Assembly: GCA_044224875.1 (NCBI GenBank)
Contig: JBGAJQ010000031.1
Location: forward strand, 1 to 58,506
Length of the DNA: 58,506 nt
Reading direction: 5' to 3'
From: Gemmatimonadaceae bacterium
Lineage (GTDB): Bacteria; Gemmatimonadota; Gemmatimonadetes; Gemmatimonadales; Gemmatimonadaceae
Below the pieces are notes generated by a model. It did no database searches. It was not told the DNA's origin and saw nothing but the letters and a program-made list of their open reading frames with translations. The stretch's first letter is position 1, and each line of letters starts with the position of its first letter. Position numbers and translations under genes: made by a program. Of the stretch, positions 30,265 to 40,849 are shown piece after piece.

Positions 30265-31398
30265 ATGCGTTTACTCCTCTCGCCACGCGTAGTCGTCCCG
30301 CTATTCCTGGGGTTTGCCGCTCCTCCTGCCGTTGCCCAGCGAGATGCGTCATGTCGCTGCCTCAACCTCACGGTGAATGGGACGGGGCTTCAGGTCGGAG
30401 ACTCGCGCGGCGTTCGCGGTGTTCGGCTGAACTTTCGTGATTCGCGGCTGGATCGCGTGCAGGGGTTGAACGCCACGATTTGGGATCCGTACCGTGGTGG
30501 CGCCGGCGATGTGAGTGGCTTGGCGATCGGACTGCCAACGACGGGTGGCCGCACGATCAAGGGGTTGGGAGCGGGGGTATTCGGCGTAAGTGCTGAACGG
30601 GCGTTCGACGGGATTGGAGTCGCTGGAATCGGGATGGGCGCCGGCGAGCGCATGCGTGGGATCTTTGCGGCGGGGGTTGGCGCTGGCTCAGGAGGGGATG
30701 TCGAGGGCATTGGCTTGGCGGGCGTCGGGTTTGGCGCCGGCGGTGACCTTCGCGGCCTGTTTGTCAGTGGTGTTGGGATGGGGTCCGGGAAGTCGCTCAG
30801 TGGCGTCGCCATCGCCGGGGTAGGTGCCGCCACCGGGGGTGACGCATCGGGCCTGCTGGTCGCCGGGATTGGGGGAGGCGCGGGAGGGGACTTCAATGGC
30901 ATTGGCATTGCCGGTGTTGGCGTTGGTGCTGGCGGCGACGTGACGGGGGCCTTGCTCGCCGGTGTCGGTGCCGGTGTCGGTGGTCGCTTCAAGGGCATTG
31001 CAGCTGGCGGGCTCGGTTTTGGCACGGGTGGAGACGCCACGGGCATCCTGGTGACCGGATTGGGAACCGGTGTGGGGGGCACGTTGCACGGGCTGGCGGT
31101 GTCTGGCCTTGGCGTCGGCGCGTCGCGCATCGAGGGGGTGGCCATCGCCGGCGTGGGCGTGGGGGCTGCCGACCTGCGAGCGTTGGTGGCCGCCCCGTGG
31201 GTGCGCCTCGAGGGCGGGGAACTGCGTGGCGTCTCTATCGCGGGGTTCAATCAGCTCAAGGGACGCCAAACAGGGCTGGCGATTGGCGTCGTGAACTTCG
31301 CCCATTCGCTCCACGGGATGCAGGTGGGTCTGATCAACATTGTCCGCGACCACCCGAGCCACAAATTCCTGCCGCTGGTGAACTGGGACTTCCGATAG
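30265..31398 (+). CDS. Secreted glycine-rich repeat (beta-solenoid-like) surface protein
   Basis: About 13 repeats of 15-16 aa, GxxxAGxGxGxGGD; C-terminal GMQVGLIN..FLPLVNWDFR. Confidence 0.78.
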   Translation: MRLLLSPRVVVPLFLGFAAPPAVAQRDASCRCLNLTVNGTGLQVGDSRGVRGVRLNFRDSRLDRVQGLNATIWDPYRGGAGDVSGLAIGLPTTGGRTIKGLGAGVFGVSAERAFDGIGVAGIGMGAGERMRGIFAAGVGAGSGGDVEGIGLAGVGFGAGGDLRGLFVSGVGMGSGKSLSGVAIAGVGAATGGDASGLLVAGIGGGAGGDFNGIGIAGVGVGAGGDVTGALLAGVGAGVGGRFKGIAAGGLGFGTGGDATGILVTGLGTGVGGTLHGLAVSGLGVGASRIEGVAIAGVGVGAADLRALVAAPWVRLEGGELRGVSIAGFNQLKGRQTGLAIGVVNFAHSLHGMQVGLINIVRDHPSHKFLPLVNWDFR

Positions 31399-31489
31399 TC
31401 GCTGGCTGGTCGTAGCGCATACGAGTACTTGCGAGGCTCGCTCGCACGGCCCAACGTCCTCGCGCCTTCACCAGAGCGAGAGACCCCGC

Positions 31490-32770
31490 ATGCATCGCCG
31501 ATCGTTCGTGGCAGCAGCCGCCGGCGGCGCCATCACCCTGCACACCAATGCCCGCTCGGTCTTGCACGCGGCGCTCCGGCGCACGCAAGGCGCGAGTGCC
31601 AATGCGGTAGCCGAAGACGAGGACTTCTGGTTCACCGTTCGGCAGGCCTTCACTGTTGATCGAGGACTGATCAACCTGAACAACGGATCGGTGGCGCCTT
31701 CGCCACGGACGGTGCAGCAGGCGCAACGTGATTACCTGACCATGACCAACATGCAGCCCTCGTATTACGTCGACGAGATGCTGTATCCCGAGTTCGAGAT
31801 CATTCGGAGACGTTTGGCGGCGGGATTTGGGTGCGATCCGGAAGAAATTGCGATAACGCGCAATACGACCGAAGCCCTGGAGATCGTGCAGTTGGGCATG
31901 CCCCTGCAGCGCGGCGATGAGGTACTGACCACGACGCAGGACTACCCCAGCATGCTCACCGCGTGGCGGCAGCGGGCACGGAGGGACGGGATCACGTTGC
32001 GCATGATTCCCTTTCCGGTGCCGCCTAACGGTCCGGATGACCTGTTTCATCGCGTCGAGCAGGCCATCGGCCCGCGGACCAAGGTCATCCACATCTCGCA
32101 CATTACGTACACGACCGGACAGATCTTCCCCGTCCGACGAATCTGCCAGATGGCGCGCGCGCGCGGGATCGAGGTCACAGTGGACGGCGGTCATTCCTTC
32201 GCGCAGTTCCCCTTCACGCGCGACGAGCTTGACTGCGACTACTACGGCACCTCGCTCCACAAGTGGCTCTCGGCTCCGGTGGGCACGGGATTCCTGTACG
32301 TTCGCAAGGCCAAGATTCCCACCGTCTGGTCCCTATTCGCCTCGCCCGAGGAGATGTCTGGGAACATCCGCAAGTTCGAGGCGATCGGCACGTTTCCGGT
32401 TTATGTGAGGAATCCGATCACCGAAGCGATGGACTTTCATGAATCAATCGGCGCCGACCGGAAGGCCGCGCGCCTGCGGTTGCTGCGGAGACGGTGGATG
32501 CAGCGGGTGGCCTCCCTCCCCAAAGTGAAACTGCTGACACCTGACGACGATGCTCAGTCGTGCGCGATTGGCACCATGCGCATCGATGGGATGGATTCGA
32601 CGCAGCTGACGGACTATCTCGTGAAGAAATTCCGTATCCACGTCCGCCCGCGGACGGTGGAAAACGAGTGGAACGGGATTCGAGTGACGCCGAACGTGTA
32701 CACGACGCTGGAAGAAATCGATGCCTTCGCGATCGCCATCGAACAGGTCGCAAGCAAGGGAATGGTCTGA
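31490..32770 (+). CDS. Class V PLP aminotransferase (isopenicillin-N epimerase / cysteine desulfurase-like), Tat-exported
   Basis: MHRRSF; NLNNG, TRNTTEAL, VDGGH, SLHKWLSAPVGTG (PLP lysine). Confidence 0.9.
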   Translation: MHRRSFVAAAAGGAITLHTNARSVLHAALRRTQGASANAVAEDEDFWFTVRQAFTVDRGLINLNNGSVAPSPRTVQQAQRDYLTMTNMQPSYYVDEMLYPEFEIIRRRLAAGFGCDPEEIAITRNTTEALEIVQLGMPLQRGDEVLTTTQDYPSMLTAWRQRARRDGITLRMIPFPVPPNGPDDLFHRVEQAIGPRTKVIHISHITYTTGQIFPVRRICQMARARGIEVTVDGGHSFAQFPFTRDELDCDYYGTSLHKWLSAPVGTGFLYVRKAKIPTVWSLFASPEEMSGNIRKFEAIGTFPVYVRNPITEAMDFHESIGADRKAARLRLLRRRWMQRVASLPKVKLLTPDDDAQSCAIGTMRIDGMDSTQLTDYLVKKFRIHVRPRTVENEWNGIRVTPNVYTTLEEIDAFAIAIEQVASKGMV

Positions 32771-34518
32771 TGCGTACCCCGGTCTCAATCCGCACGATTG
32801 TTGTCAGCGCCATGATGTTCCTTGCGGCGTCCTGCGGCCAGCAGTACGGGCAGAGTGAGGAATTCGCGCGGTTCGTCGATCAGTACCTCGATGAGTGGGC
32901 CAAGCGGCACCCATCAATCGCTGCGGGGAACGGCCTGCACATGCACGACGATCTGCTGGAAGACTTCTCGTCCACCGGTGTGGCGAGTGAGTCCAAGTGG
33001 CTGCTGGGTGCGAAGGTCAGGCTGGCGCAGATCGACACGGCGAAGCTCACCGCCGATGAACGTGTGGATCATGTGATCCTGAACGGTGTGATCGACGGGT
33101 GGTTGTTGGACAACGACGTGGTCAAGAACTGGCAGCGCAATCCGATGGTCTACGCCGCTGCCGTCTCCGATGGGGTCCACAACCTCATGACCATGGAGTC
33201 GGACACACCGGAGCAGCGGCTGGCACGCGTAGAGCGCAAGATCCGGCGTGTGCCATCGCTCCTGGCGGCCGCCAGGGAGAACATCACGAACCCGCCGGCG
33301 ATCTTTGCCCGGCGTGGAACGGCCATGTTCAAGGGCACGGCGGCGATGCTGCGCGGCGACCTGCGCCTGGCGTTTGCGTCCGTCGCGGATACCGCCCTTG
33401 CTCGACGTACCTTTGCCCTGGCGGATACGGTGGCCACGGCCATCGACGCATACGTGGTTTACATGGAGTCGGCGGTGATTCCCGTGGCGAATGGTGACGT
33501 GGCGATTGGTGCGAAGAACGTGGCGGATCGGTATCGCGCCGAGGAACTGTTGGACCTGCCATTGGACAGCATGCTGGCGATTGGCGAGCGACAGCTCGCC
33601 CTCGAGGAGGCTGACTTTGTGGCAACGGCGCGGCGTGTGGACTCCACGCGCGACGCGATGGCGGTTTGGCTGGATGTCCGTCGTGCCCATCCTGTGCCGG
33701 GGGCACTGGTCGCAACCACACAAAGCATCGTGGACTCGCTGCAGGCGTTTGTAACCGGCAAGGACCTGGTGCAGCTGCCTAACGCCGAGCACGTGGTGGT
33801 ACAGCCGTCGAAGCCCTTTGATATTGGCCTGGCGTCCATGCATGCGTCGCCGCCGCTGGAGGCGAAGCCTGTGACGTCGATCTTCTACGTCACCGACGCG
33901 AATCCGAGCTGGCCGGCCGAGCAACAGAATGCGTGGCTGGAGCGGTTCAACTACGCGTCGCTTACGATCACGGCGGCGCACGAGGCGATGCCCGGGCACT
34001 TCGTGCATGCGCTCTTCATGCGAAAGACGCCGGGGAAGGTGCGTCGCATCTGGATCGGGTTGAACCCTTTCCCGCAGCCGTCTTCCGGGCAGGATGGGTG
34101 GGCGCACTACGCGGAACACATGGTGATCGAGCAAGGCTTCAAGGCGGAAGACCCGCGTTATCGAATGGCGCAGCTCAGCGAATCCATGACGCGGATCTGT
34201 CGCTTGATCGCCAGCATTCGCGTGCACACGAAGGTGTGGACCGTGGATCAAGCGGCGCAATTTTTCGTCGACAAGGCGCACCTTCCGGAGCCCGCGGCCC
34301 GTCAGGAAGCGGAACGCACGACCTACGATCCGACGAACGGCGGGTACTTCCTGGGAAAACGCGCCGCGCTGACGTTGCGTGCGGACTATCAGGAACGGTT
34401 AGGCAGCCAGTTTTCGCTGCGCGAGTTCCACGAACGCGTGATGACGAACGGAATCGCTCCGTGGTGGGTGCATCGGTATCTCATGCTGCCGGGAGACCGT
34501 CGATCGGTGGTGCGCTAG
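32770..34518 (+). CDS. DUF885 family lipoprotein (putative metallopeptidase)
   Basis: Lipobox LAASC; HEAMPGH, DGWAHYAE, GYFLGK, FSLREFHERV; TGATG overlap with the upstream gene. Confidence 0.88.
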   Translation: MRTPVSIRTIVVSAMMFLAASCGQQYGQSEEFARFVDQYLDEWAKRHPSIAAGNGLHMHDDLLEDFSSTGVASESKWLLGAKVRLAQIDTAKLTADERVDHVILNGVIDGWLLDNDVVKNWQRNPMVYAAAVSDGVHNLMTMESDTPEQRLARVERKIRRVPSLLAAARENITNPPAIFARRGTAMFKGTAAMLRGDLRLAFASVADTALARRTFALADTVATAIDAYVVYMESAVIPVANGDVAIGAKNVADRYRAEELLDLPLDSMLAIGERQLALEEADFVATARRVDSTRDAMAVWLDVRRAHPVPGALVATTQSIVDSLQAFVTGKDLVQLPNAEHVVVQPSKPFDIGLASMHASPPLEAKPVTSIFYVTDANPSWPAEQQNAWLERFNYASLTITAAHEAMPGHFVHALFMRKTPGKVRRIWIGLNPFPQPSSGQDGWAHYAEHMVIEQGFKAEDPRYRMAQLSESMTRICRLIASIRVHTKVWTVDQAAQFFVDKAHLPEPAARQEAERTTYDPTNGGYFLGKRAALTLRADYQERLGSQFSLREFHERVMTNGIAPWWVHRYLMLPGDRRSVVR

Positions 34519-34684
34519 CGATCGCTGCCAAGTCTAGGCGGGATTACCGGCTCCGGTCCCACGCATGAACTCGTGCTCGACGGCACCTCGCGCCCGAGAC
34601 CGATTCCGTACACTATTCACCTGCCATCCCCCAAAGAACCGTGATCGCGCCGCTTCGTCGGCGAAGCCCAGGAGAATTTCACCC

Positions 34685-35437
34685 ATGCATCGACGGCTCG
34701 TTCAAACACTCGCGCTTTGTTCCGTTGTGCCTGCTTTGCTCGTGGCGCAGGGGGGGCCACCTCAACAGCAGCAACCACCGAAGAACCTGCAGGTTCTACC
34801 CAAGGACCTGCCACGCGGCCAGGTGGTGCAGATCATGCGCACCGTGGCCGGTGCCTTGGGCCAACGCTGCGATTACTGCCATGTCGAGGCGCCGGACGGG
34901 AACTTCCAGAACATGGACTTCGCGTCGGATGAGAAGGAGACGAAGAAGGTTGCTCGCGAGATGATGAAGATGACCATGGACATCAACCAGAAGTACATCC
35001 CGGCCATGGGACGTACGCTGAACGACCGCTCGTTGGTTCGTTGCGTCACGTGTCATCGTGGCGTTGCGAAGCCGCGGAGTCTGCAGGTGGAGATCGTGGA
35101 GGCCTATGAGAAAGGGGGTGTGGACTCGGCGATGACGAAGTATCGCGGGTTGCGGGAGCGCTACTACGGGCGGTCGTCGTACGACTTTGGTGAGATGCCG
35201 CTCCTGGAAGTTGCGGATGAACTCGGGCGCAAGCCGGAGCAGCGGAAGGACGCGATGCGCATGATGCAGCTGAACCTCGAGTACTTCCCGAAGTCGGGCC
35301 CGACGTTCACCGGGCTGGCGAATGGAGCGTTGCAGCTTGGCGACACCACGGCAGCGATCGCGTCGTACCAGAAGGCGCTCGAGATCGACCCGAACAACCC
35401 GATGGCCAAGCGGATGCTCGGCATTCTGAAGAAGTAG
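34685..35437 (+). CDS. Periplasmic di-heme c-type cytochrome (PRC-cytochrome-like fragment) with C-terminal TPR
   Basis: KNLQVL, CDYCH, FASDEK, CVTCHRG; TPR AIASYQKALEIDPNN; signal peptide. Confidence 0.85.
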   Translation: MHRRLVQTLALCSVVPALLVAQGGPPQQQQPPKNLQVLPKDLPRGQVVQIMRTVAGALGQRCDYCHVEAPDGNFQNMDFASDEKETKKVAREMMKMTMDINQKYIPAMGRTLNDRSLVRCVTCHRGVAKPRSLQVEIVEAYEKGGVDSAMTKYRGLRERYYGRSSYDFGEMPLLEVADELGRKPEQRKDAMRMMQLNLEYFPKSGPTFTGLANGALQLGDTTAAIASYQKALEIDPNNPMAKRMLGILKK

Positions 35438-35506
35438 ACTTTCGCTGGCGACCGGCCATGGCGTGATCGGCCGGTTGCCAGCGTTCTTCAACCTGAGGAG
35501 TCTTGC

Positions 35507-36364
35507 GTGGCAGAACACATCGACCGACGATCTTTCCTGCAGCGCACGGCGGTGGCCCTGGGGGCAAGCGCCATTGTTGGAACTGACGACATGGCGTTCA
35601 TGCGCGAAAAGAAACTCACGCGCATCGGGTTGCAGCTGTATACCGTTCGCGACGAGATGCAGAAGGACGTCAATGCCACGCTGGCGCGTGTGGCAAAAAT
35701 CGGCTACAAGGAAGTGGAGTTTGCGGGGTACTTCGGGAAGAAGCCGTCGGAAATCGCTGGCCAGTTGACGGCGACCGGCCTGCGAGCGCCGTCGGCGCAT
35801 GTTTCACTGGACGACATTCGCAATCGCTGGTCCGAAGCCCTCGACGCGGCGTCGGCGATTGGACACGACTACCTGGTCTGCGCGTACATCGGGGAGAACG
35901 AGCGACACGCGGAGAACTATCGGAAGATTGCCCAGGAGTTCAACAAGGCCGCGGAGCAGGCAAAGGCGCACAACATCGCCTTCGCCTACCACAACCACGA
36001 CTTCGAGTTTCTGCCGATGGGCGAGGGCAAGGATCGTGTGCTGGTCTACGACTACCTGCTCCGCGCGTGCGAACCGAAGTTGGTGAAGATGGAACTCGAT
36101 CTCTTCTGGATCAACAAGGCCAGACAGGACGCCTTCAAGTATTTCACGAAGTATCCGGGGCGATTCCAGTTGGTGCACGTCAAGGACATGGGTGCGGATG
36201 GTCGCTTCGCCGATGTCGGTACCGGCAGCCTGCCGTTCAAGCGCTACTTCGCTAAGGCCCGTGCCGCAGGCATCCGCCACTACTTCGTGGAACACGACCA
36301 GCCTGGTGACGCGTTTGCCAGCATCGAGCGCAGCTACCAATACCTGTCAAAGCTGGAGTTCTAG
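35507..36364 (+). CDS. Sugar-phosphate isomerase/epimerase (xylose-isomerase-like TIM barrel), Tat signal
   Basis: DRRSFL; IGLQLYTVR, YHNHDFEF, ELDLFW, HVKD, VEHD. Confidence 0.9.
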   Translation: MAEHIDRRSFLQRTAVALGASAIVGTDDMAFMREKKLTRIGLQLYTVRDEMQKDVNATLARVAKIGYKEVEFAGYFGKKPSEIAGQLTATGLRAPSAHVSLDDIRNRWSEALDAASAIGHDYLVCAYIGENERHAENYRKIAQEFNKAAEQAKAHNIAFAYHNHDFEFLPMGEGKDRVLVYDYLLRACEPKLVKMELDLFWINKARQDAFKYFTKYPGRFQLVHVKDMGADGRFADVGTGSLPFKRYFAKARAAGIRHYFVEHDQPGDAFASIERSYQYLSKLEF

Positions 36365-36385
36365 ACCCGATCGGGCGGAGAAGCG

Positions 36386-39300
36386 TTAGGCGTCTCCGCC
36401 CGCCTTCCTGGGCCAGCTGGCCTCGATCTCCGACGCGGCGCGCGCCATGGCTTCAACAAGCTGGTCGGCGTCGCTCGTGCCGAAGCAGAGGGGTGGCTTG
36501 ATCTTCAGCACATTGTTGTAGGGGCCATCGGTGCTCATCAGCACCCCGCATTCCTTCATCCGGTTGGCAACGTACGCGGCTTGGCGCGTGGCGGGTGTTC
36601 GTGCCACCGGGTCAGTGACGAACTCCACACCGATAAAGAGCCCGGGCCCGCGGACGTCGCCAATGATCGGGTATCGGTGCTGGAGTGACCGCAGCTGCTC
36701 ACTCAGGTAGCGTCCCACTCGATCGGCGTGCTGCGGCAACCCCTCATCCCGAATCACATCGAGGACCGCCTGCCCGATCGCGCAGGAGACCGGGTTGCCA
36801 CCGAAGGTATTGAAGTACTCCATCCCGTTGGCGCAGGCATCGGCGATTTCGCGTGTGGTGACGACGGCACCCAAGGGATGCCCATTCCCGATTGGCTTGC
36901 CCATGGTGACGATGTCGGGAATCACGCCCTGCAGCTCAAACGCCCAGAAGTGCGATCCCGCGCGTCCGAATCCAACCTGCACCTCGTCGGCAATGCACAC
37001 GCCGCCGGCATCCCGCACATGGCGGTAGGCCTCTTGAAGGTAGCCCTCCGGCAGCACGATCTGGCCGCCGCAACTGAGGATCGACTCGCAAAGAAAAGCC
37101 GCTGGCCGCCGGCCGGAGCGCAAGATGTCCGCGACCGCGCTGCGCACGGACTGCGCATACTTCACGCCGATGTGCGGTTCACCACGACGGAACGGGCCTC
37201 GGTAGTCGTCCGGCATCGGCACCTTGCGCACCCACTCCGGCGCGCCTTTTCCTCCGGGGCCATCGAACTTGTATGAGCTGACGTCGACCAGCGTCGCGGT
37301 GTTCCCGTGGTAGCCGGCTTCGAGCACGACCATGTCGCGCTCGTTCGTGTATGCCCGTGCCAGGCGAATGGCCAGTTCGTTGGCCTCGCTCCCCGAGCAA
37401 ACGAAGTACACGACGTTCAGTTCGCCAGGAAAGGTGGCCGTGAGTTGCTCGGCGTATCGAACGAGGTCGTCGTGCAGGTACCGCGTGTTGGTATTGAGCA
37501 CCTGCATCTGCCCCTGCCCAGCCCGGACCACCCGAGGATGCGCGTGCCCCACATGCGCCACGTTGTTGACCGCGTCCACGTAGCGCTGTCCGTCGGCATC
37601 GATCAGGTGCGCGCCAATGCCGCGGACGATGTGCAAGGGTCGCTTGTACGAAATACTGAGTGACTTGCCGATGTGCGCTCGGCGCCGCGTCAGCAGGGAA
37701 TCGACATCGGCGGCGCGAGGTGCCCTCGCGGTTGGGGGTAGCTTCACCATGAGCGCGGGATCCGGGCTCAGGCTCAACCATACGTCGCGCTCGCGCGCGC
37801 GGGCGACACCAGGAAAATCCCCCTGCCTGCCTAACAAGTCACAGATGATCTGGAAATGCAGGTGTGGTGGCCATCCGCCGTTGCCGGTCAGGTCGCCGAT
37901 CTCACCAACGACCGCCCCAGCAGCAACCGTCTGCCCGACCTGGACGCGACGCAGGGAATCCCGCGTGAGGTGGCCGTACAGCGTGTAGAAGACGAGCTCA
38001 GGGGACACCTGGTGCTCGAGGATGATCGTAGGGCCGTAGTCCAGCGGCTTGGCGTTGTCCTGCAGGGAATGCACGCGTCCAGTCAGTGGGGCAAACACCT
38101 GCGTACCGGGTGGCATGAAGACGTCCAAGCCGATGTGCACGGCGCGGTATTCGGGACCATCGTTGCCCGGCACGCGAAACACGTCGCTCGTGTACAGCGC
38201 CCGCACCTCATCGTATCGTCCAATCGCCGCTGGGGCGCCGTTGCGCCGCATCCTGTCGAACAACGCTTCACTGAATCGGTTCGCGTCCTGCCACTCGTCG
38301 TTGGGACCAAGCTCCGTGCTGGCCACGCTCAGGTCGAAGACGTCGATACCCGGTTGATCCAAGGGCACACTCACGACATTGGCAAGCTGGGTCGGGTGGT
38401 TCTTCAGCCACTCACGGACCGCATCGCTGCCCGGGCACGGCTCCAGTCCGCATGCCGCACGAAACACATACTCCGCGTAACGGGAGTCGACGGTGGCCAG
38501 CTGGTCCAGTAGCCGCCACGCCGGCGCCGCGCTCACTTGCAGATACTCGTGCGTCGGCGCCGCGTCCAGCTGCAACGCGGCGTTGATCACGCTCACCGCC
38601 AGACGCGTGCGCGCCAACGGGAGCAGCAAGGCGATCTCCTCCTCTTCCAGCGGGCACTCGGCGTGGTAGCCCCGCACGACGGCGGCCGCCGCCATCAACG
38701 GGTCCGCCTTATCCAGCATGGCATAGGCAAGCCCGACCGCCAGGTCACACACCACGTGCGATTCCACGAGGTCACCAAAGTCGATCAACCCCACGACCCG
38801 CGATCGCAACAGGTCGCCCGATTCGCCCGCGCGCACCAGCAGGTTGTAATCGTTGGCATCCCCATAGATGATCCCGCGGCGCGTGGCCCGGAGCCTGGGC
38901 GCCACCTCCCGCTGGAAGTCATCCATGATCCGAGCGCACATCGAGCGCCGCTCGGTCCCTGGAATGCATTCGATGAACGGCACGGCCCACGCCGACTGCA
39001 CGAGGTCCCACTTGAACACACGGTTCGCTTCCAAGTGGTCAAAGCTGCCTAATGCAGCATCCATCGCGCCTAACGCCCGACCCAGCGACACGAGCAGGCC
39101 ATCGGTGTGCGGACGCGCCAGCGCGAGCGGTGTGCCATCCACCCAGGTCAGCAGGCGAACGAAGTACTCCCGCCCCGTAGCATCCGGCATCCGCACCACG
39201 TACGAGCCATCACTCGACGCAACGAGCTCGGGGAGTTCGATCCCGGCGGCGTGGGTGGCGCAGTGCAACAGCGCCGAGTTCTGCAGGTCCAGTGTGGCCA

Positions 39301-39499
39301 GCGACTCAAAGGCGTTCGACACCTTCAGCACGAAATGGCGTCCATCGCCTGCCGTGATTCGGAAGTTTCGGTCGCGCTCCCCAGGAAGCTCCTCCGCCTC
39401 CCCACTCATCCCCCATGGCGCCATCAACCGGTTGGCATCGGCGACCGAAAACGGTGGTATCTCGAAAGTTGTAGAGACCATAGGAGCCGAAAAGTACAT
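36386..39499 (-). CDS. Three-domain fusion: APH/choline-kinase-like phosphotransferase + M23-like domain + class III PLP aminotransferase
   Basis: [70 protein letters not shown]; start may be at 39481. Confidence 0.9.
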   Translation of the reverse strand: MYFSAPMVSTTFEIPPFSVADANRLMAPWGMSGEAEELPGERDRNFRITAGDGRHFVLKVSNAFESLATLDLQNSALLHCATHAAGIELPELVASSDGSYVVRMPDATGREYFVRLLTWVDGTPLALARPHTDGLLVSLGRALGAMDAALGSFDHLEANRVFKWDLVQSAWAVPFIECIPGTERRSMCARIMDDFQREVAPRLRATRRGIIYGDANDYNLLVRAGESGDLLRSRVVGLIDFGDLVESHVVCDLAVGLAYAMLDKADPLMAAAAVVRGYHAECPLEEEEIALLLPLARTRLAVSVINAALQLDAAPTHEYLQVSAAPAWRLLDQLATVDSRYAEYVFRAACGLEPCPGSDAVREWLKNHPTQLANVVSVPLDQPGIDVFDLSVASTELGPNDEWQDANRFSEALFDRMRRNGAPAAIGRYDEVRALYTSDVFRVPGNDGPEYRAVHIGLDVFMPPGTQVFAPLTGRVHSLQDNAKPLDYGPTIILEHQVSPELVFYTLYGHLTRDSLRRVQVGQTVAAGAVVGEIGDLTGNGGWPPHLHFQIICDLLGRQGDFPGVARARERDVWLSLSPDPALMVKLPPTARAPRAADVDSLLTRRRAHIGKSLSISYKRPLHIVRGIGAHLIDADGQRYVDAVNNVAHVGHAHPRVVRAGQGQMQVLNTNTRYLHDDLVRYAEQLTATFPGELNVVYFVCSGSEANELAIRLARAYTNERDMVVLEAGYHGNTATLVDVSSYKFDGPGGKGAPEWVRKVPMPDDYRGPFRRGEPHIGVKYAQSVRSAVADILRSGRRPAAFLCESILSCGGQIVLPEGYLQEAYRHVRDAGGVCIADEVQVGFGRAGSHFWAFELQGVIPDIVTMGKPIGNGHPLGAVVTTREIADACANGMEYFNTFGGNPVSCAIGQAVLDVIRDEGLPQHADRVGRYLSEQLRSLQHRYPIIGDVRGPGLFIGVEFVTDPVARTPATRQAAYVANRMKECGVLMSTDGPYNNVLKIKPPLCFGTSDADQLVEAMARAASEIEASWPRKAGGDA

Positions 39500-39955
39500 C
39501 CGAAAACTGCCGTGCGGGCTCGGCTCCGTGTGATCGTCTGGCCATGTCGCTCAGGACCGAACGCTTCGAACCAGGGTGCCCACCCGCGGAGCGCTCAGGC
39601 AGTCGGCTTGCTGATGAGTCGGCTTGGGCACCATCATGCGATCGAGCCATGCTGTCGCCCTTTCACTGCGAGCCTCTCGGTAGGTGGGTACCGGGCGATT
39701 GGCGGTGCGTTGAGACGCGTCACCCGATCCACATTGATGACTGCTGTCGGTTGGTGGAGCAGGAAGACGTCGAAATTCCGTCAGGGCGTGGAAGGAGGGA
39801 CGGCCCCATCGCCTTGGGCGATATGTGTCCGTTCCCCGCGCAAGATCAGTTCTCGCCTACCGGCTGGCGGTGGCATGGCGACCATCGACGTTTCCCCGAG
39901 CCAAGGCGAGGGTTAGTATGCGTCAGCTCAATCCCCTGTACTCGAGGACCGTAAC

Positions 39956-40849
39956 ATGCCAGACACCCAGACAGATCTTGACCGCCGCACCTTTCTCGAA
40001 GCGTCGTTAGGTGTCGTGGCGGGCGGCTCGCTGCTCTCCGGTGCTGGCCAAGCGGCCACTCCCTCACCCGTAGCCGAGGCACGCGGACCCTTGAAAGGGC
40101 GACTGAAGCAGTCGGTCTGTCAGTGGTGCTACGACAAGATTCCACTCGACGACTTGTGCAAGTCGGCGGCCGAGATCGGACTCAAGTCGGTCGAACTACT
40201 CAACGAGCACCAATGGGACACGCCCAAGAAGTACGGGCTGACCTGTGCCATGGCGAACGGCCCGAGCACTATCCGCGTGGGTTTCAACCGTCCGAGCGAG
40301 CACGATCGGTTGGTGGCCGAGTCTGAACGCCTGCTCCCGCTGGTCGCTGCGGCTGGCCTACCGAACATGATTGTATTCTCGGGGAATCGAGACGGCATGG
40401 CGGACGGCGAAGGCCTGGAGAATTGCGTGCGTGGACTCCGTCGCATCACGCCGTTGGCGGAGCGTTTGGGCGTCACGGTGTGTATGGAGTTGCTGAACAG
40501 CAAAGTGGACCATCACGACTATATGTGTGATCGCACGCCATGGGGCGCGGAGTTGGTCAAGCGCGTGGACTCTCCGCGCTTCAAGCTGTTGTACGACATC
40601 TATCATATGCAGATCATGGAAGGCGACGTGATTCGCACCATTCGCGACAACTTCGGACACATCGCGCACTTCCATACGGGTGGCGTTCCGGGACGAAACG
40701 AGATCGATGAGACGCAGGAGTTGTACTATCCGCAGATCTGTCGCGCGATTCTCGATCTCGGCTTTACCGGGTACTTGGCACAGGAGTTCGTGCCCGCGAG
40801 GGAACCACTGGTGTCGCTGCGCCAGGGGGCGACGATCTGCGACGTCTAG
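39956..40849 (+). CDS. Hydroxypyruvate isomerase family TIM-barrel protein, Tat signal
   Basis: DRRTFL; LKQSVCQWC, MELLNSKVDH, LLYDIYHMQIMEGD, HFHTGGVPGRNE, QEF. Confidence 0.9.
   Translation: MPDTQTDLDRRTFLEASLGVVAGGSLLSGAGQAATPSPVAEARGPLKGRLKQSVCQWCYDKIPLDDLCKSAAEIGLKSVELLNEHQWDTPKKYGLTCAMANGPSTIRVGFNRPSEHDRLVAESERLLPLVAAAGLPNMIVFSGNRDGMADGEGLENCVRGLRRITPLAERLGVTVCMELLNSKVDHHDYMCDRTPWGAELVKRVDSPRFKLLYDIYHMQIMEGDVIRTIRDNFGHIAHFHTGGVPGRNEIDETQELYYPQICRAILDLGFTGYLAQEFVPAREPLVSLRQGATICDV

Noticed and set aside
31490..32770. Beta-lactam biosynthesis (isopenicillin N epimerase)
   Set aside because: Family-level similarity only; no NRPS, IPNS or other cluster genes.
34685..35437. Photosynthetic reaction-centre cytochrome (PufC) as evidence of phototrophy
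   Set aside because: Only two CxxCH motifs plus a TPR, whereas PufC is tetraheme; no puf, bch or crt genes in the window.
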